Below are positions 63,190 to 64,000 of a DNA stretch of 64,000 nt, piece by piece (within the stretch, counting starts at the first letter, position 1; each line of letters opens with the position of its first letter). A program made the position numbers and the translations under genes. Source of the stretch: an uncultured Kiritimatiellota bacterium (lineage in GTDB: Bacteria; Verrucomicrobiota; Kiritimatiellia; RFP12; UBA1067); contig CAKTYZ010000014.1 of assembly GCA_934635225.1 (NCBI GenBank), positions 25,597-89,596 of the forward strand, given 5' to 3'. Under the pieces are notes generated by a model. It was not told where the DNA came from. It saw nothing but the letters and a program-made list of their open reading frames with translations, and searched no databases.

Positions 63190-63600
63190 ATGCGTCATCA
63201 GAGAGTCATGAAGAAATTCGGGCGCTCCATGGAGCATCGCAAGATGCTCATGAGGAGCCTCGTCACCAACCTCATCCTCGCGGAGTCGATCAAGACGACC
63301 CTGCCGAAGGCGAAGGAAGCGCGCAAGGACGCCGACAAGATCGTGACGGTCGCCAAGAAGGGCGATCTCGCGGCCCGTCGTCTCGCGGCCTCCCGTCTGC
63401 TCGACCCGAAGGCCGTGCAGAAGCTCTTCGACAAGATCGCGCCGTCGATGAAGGACCGCAAGGGCGGCTACACCCGCATCGTCAAGCTTGGCATGCGTCG
63501 GGGTGATGCGGCGGAGATGTGCGTTCTCCAGTGGGTCACGGCGGGCGAAACCGCTGCCGAGAAGCCCGCAGAGGCCGCTCCGGCTGCAGAAGCCAAGTAA
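63190..63600 (+). CDS. rplQ: 50S ribosomal protein L17
   Basis: MRHQRVMKKFGRSMEHRKMLMRSLVTNL..GGYTRIVKLGMRRGDAAEM. Confidence 0.95.
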   Translation: MRHQRVMKKFGRSMEHRKMLMRSLVTNLILAESIKTTLPKAKEARKDADKIVTVAKKGDLAARRLAASRLLDPKAVQKLFDKIAPSMKDRKGGYTRIVKLGMRRGDAAEMCVLQWVTAGETAAEKPAEAAPAAEAK

Positions 63601-63638
63601 TTCACTCCTCAGCCGGTTTTGAAAGGGGGTGTGTGACA

Positions 63639-63842
63639 ATGGCAATCGTGCTTAAGCTCAAGAAGGGCGAGTCCGTCGAACGCGGTCTCAAGCGTCTGAA
63701 AAAGGTCCTCGACAAGGAAGGCCTCATCAAGAAGCTCCGCGACGACCGTTACTTCGAGAAGCCGTGCGTGAAGGCGCGCAAGAAATCGCAGCGCGCGCGC
63801 ATCCGCAACCGCAGCCGTCGCGGTCGTATGGAGCTCAACTGA
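63639..63842 (+). CDS. rpsU: 30S ribosomal protein S21
   Basis: MAIVLKLKKGESVERGLKRLKKVLDKEGLIKKLRDDRYFEKPCVKARKKSQRA. SD aaaggggg upstream. Confidence 0.9.
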   Translation: MAIVLKLKKGESVERGLKRLKKVLDKEGLIKKLRDDRYFEKPCVKARKKSQRARIRNRSRRGRMELN

Positions 63843-63881
63843 GCGTCTGACGTCGTCGAGGGATCGGTGCGATCCAAAAGA

Positions 63882-63916
63882 AGAGCCGCGTTTTCTGACG
63901 CGGCTCTCTTTTTTCT
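63882..63916. terminator. Hairpin terminator, possibly bidirectional, after rpsU
   Basis: agagccgcg / cgcggctct stem, with an A-run on the 5' side and ttttttctc on the 3' side. Confidence 0.75.
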
Positions 63917-63941
63917 CTCGCCTTGCCTATCGGGCGCTGGG

Positions 63942-64000
63942 CTACTGCGCGTTTGTGATCGTATGAGAGAGAACGGCGAGCGACTGGGCGAGATCGACAT
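63942..64000 (-). CDS. Possible 3' end of a convergent gene (partial, unknown)
   Basis: The - strand frame from the window edge reads VDLAQSLAVLSHTITNAQ, then TAG at 63944-63942, just outside the hairpin. It is too short to assess. Confidence 0.25.
   Translation of the reverse strand, partial: VDLAQSLAVLSHTITNAQ

Overview
High-GC (by eye above 60%) chromosomal segment from a diderm, glycan-degrading bacterium. My guess is the PVC group (Lentisphaerota, Kiritimatiellota or Verrucomicrobiota), based on the autotransporter-associated beta-strand giant protein, the many glycoside hydrolases, and the secretin, TonB and LpxL genes; this is inference only. Coding is dense and almost entirely on the + strand; only mscS and a CE12-GH28 gene are clearly on the - strand.

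Layout:
- 0.9-9.7 kb: polysaccharide cluster with rfbF/G/H-type CDP-3,6-dideoxyhexose genes, a ThDP-dependent YerE-like enzyme, three GT2 genes and an SDR. A clearly lower-GC insert lies at about 4.14-7.79 kb.
- 10.2-13.5 kb: M20 peptidase plus an OmpR/histidine-kinase pair.
- 13.6-19.4 kb: ugd and uxs (UDP-xylose), pfk, a PurH-like AICAR transformylase lacking the IMP cyclohydrolase domain, and rnc.
- 19.4-25 kb: mscS, a CE12-GH28 fusion, and an EEP-SDR-LpxL-like operon.
- 25.1-27 kb: a self-contained NifU-like + GGGtGRT operon of unknown function.
- 27-31.6 kb: tRNA-Val, TPP riboswitch-cytX, glyQS, adk, map.
- 31.7-37 kb: GH78 rhamnosidase and a beta-helix/alpha-galactosidase-like fusion.
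- 37-47.3 kb: ruvB, a GspL-like (PilM/N-type)/PilO-like/secretin module, a TolA-like coiled-coil protein, a miniature ExbB, ExbD, TonB and a TonB-dependent receptor.
- 47.5-60.4 kb: three exported enzymes (two Gfo/Idh/MocA, one Tat-signal enolase-superfamily), a 1206-aa beta-helix protein, a GH20-like protein, an exported CN-hydrolase and a GH29 fucosidase.
- 60.5-63.8 kb: rpmJ-rpsM-rpsK-rpsD-rpoA-rplQ-rpsU.

Across the window, a near-invariant extended -10 box (TGGTATAAT and close variants) sits in front of many operons. Four genes start only 8-10 nt after it, which suggests leaderless mRNAs.

No CRISPR array, transposase, integrase or recognisable defence system was seen. The best candidates for under-described biology are the NifU-like/GGGtGRT operon, the exported oxidoreductase/enolase trio downstream of the Ton/TBDR genes, and the branched-dideoxysugar genes with a foreign-composition insert. 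All functional calls rest on motif recognition by eye; no database search was run.
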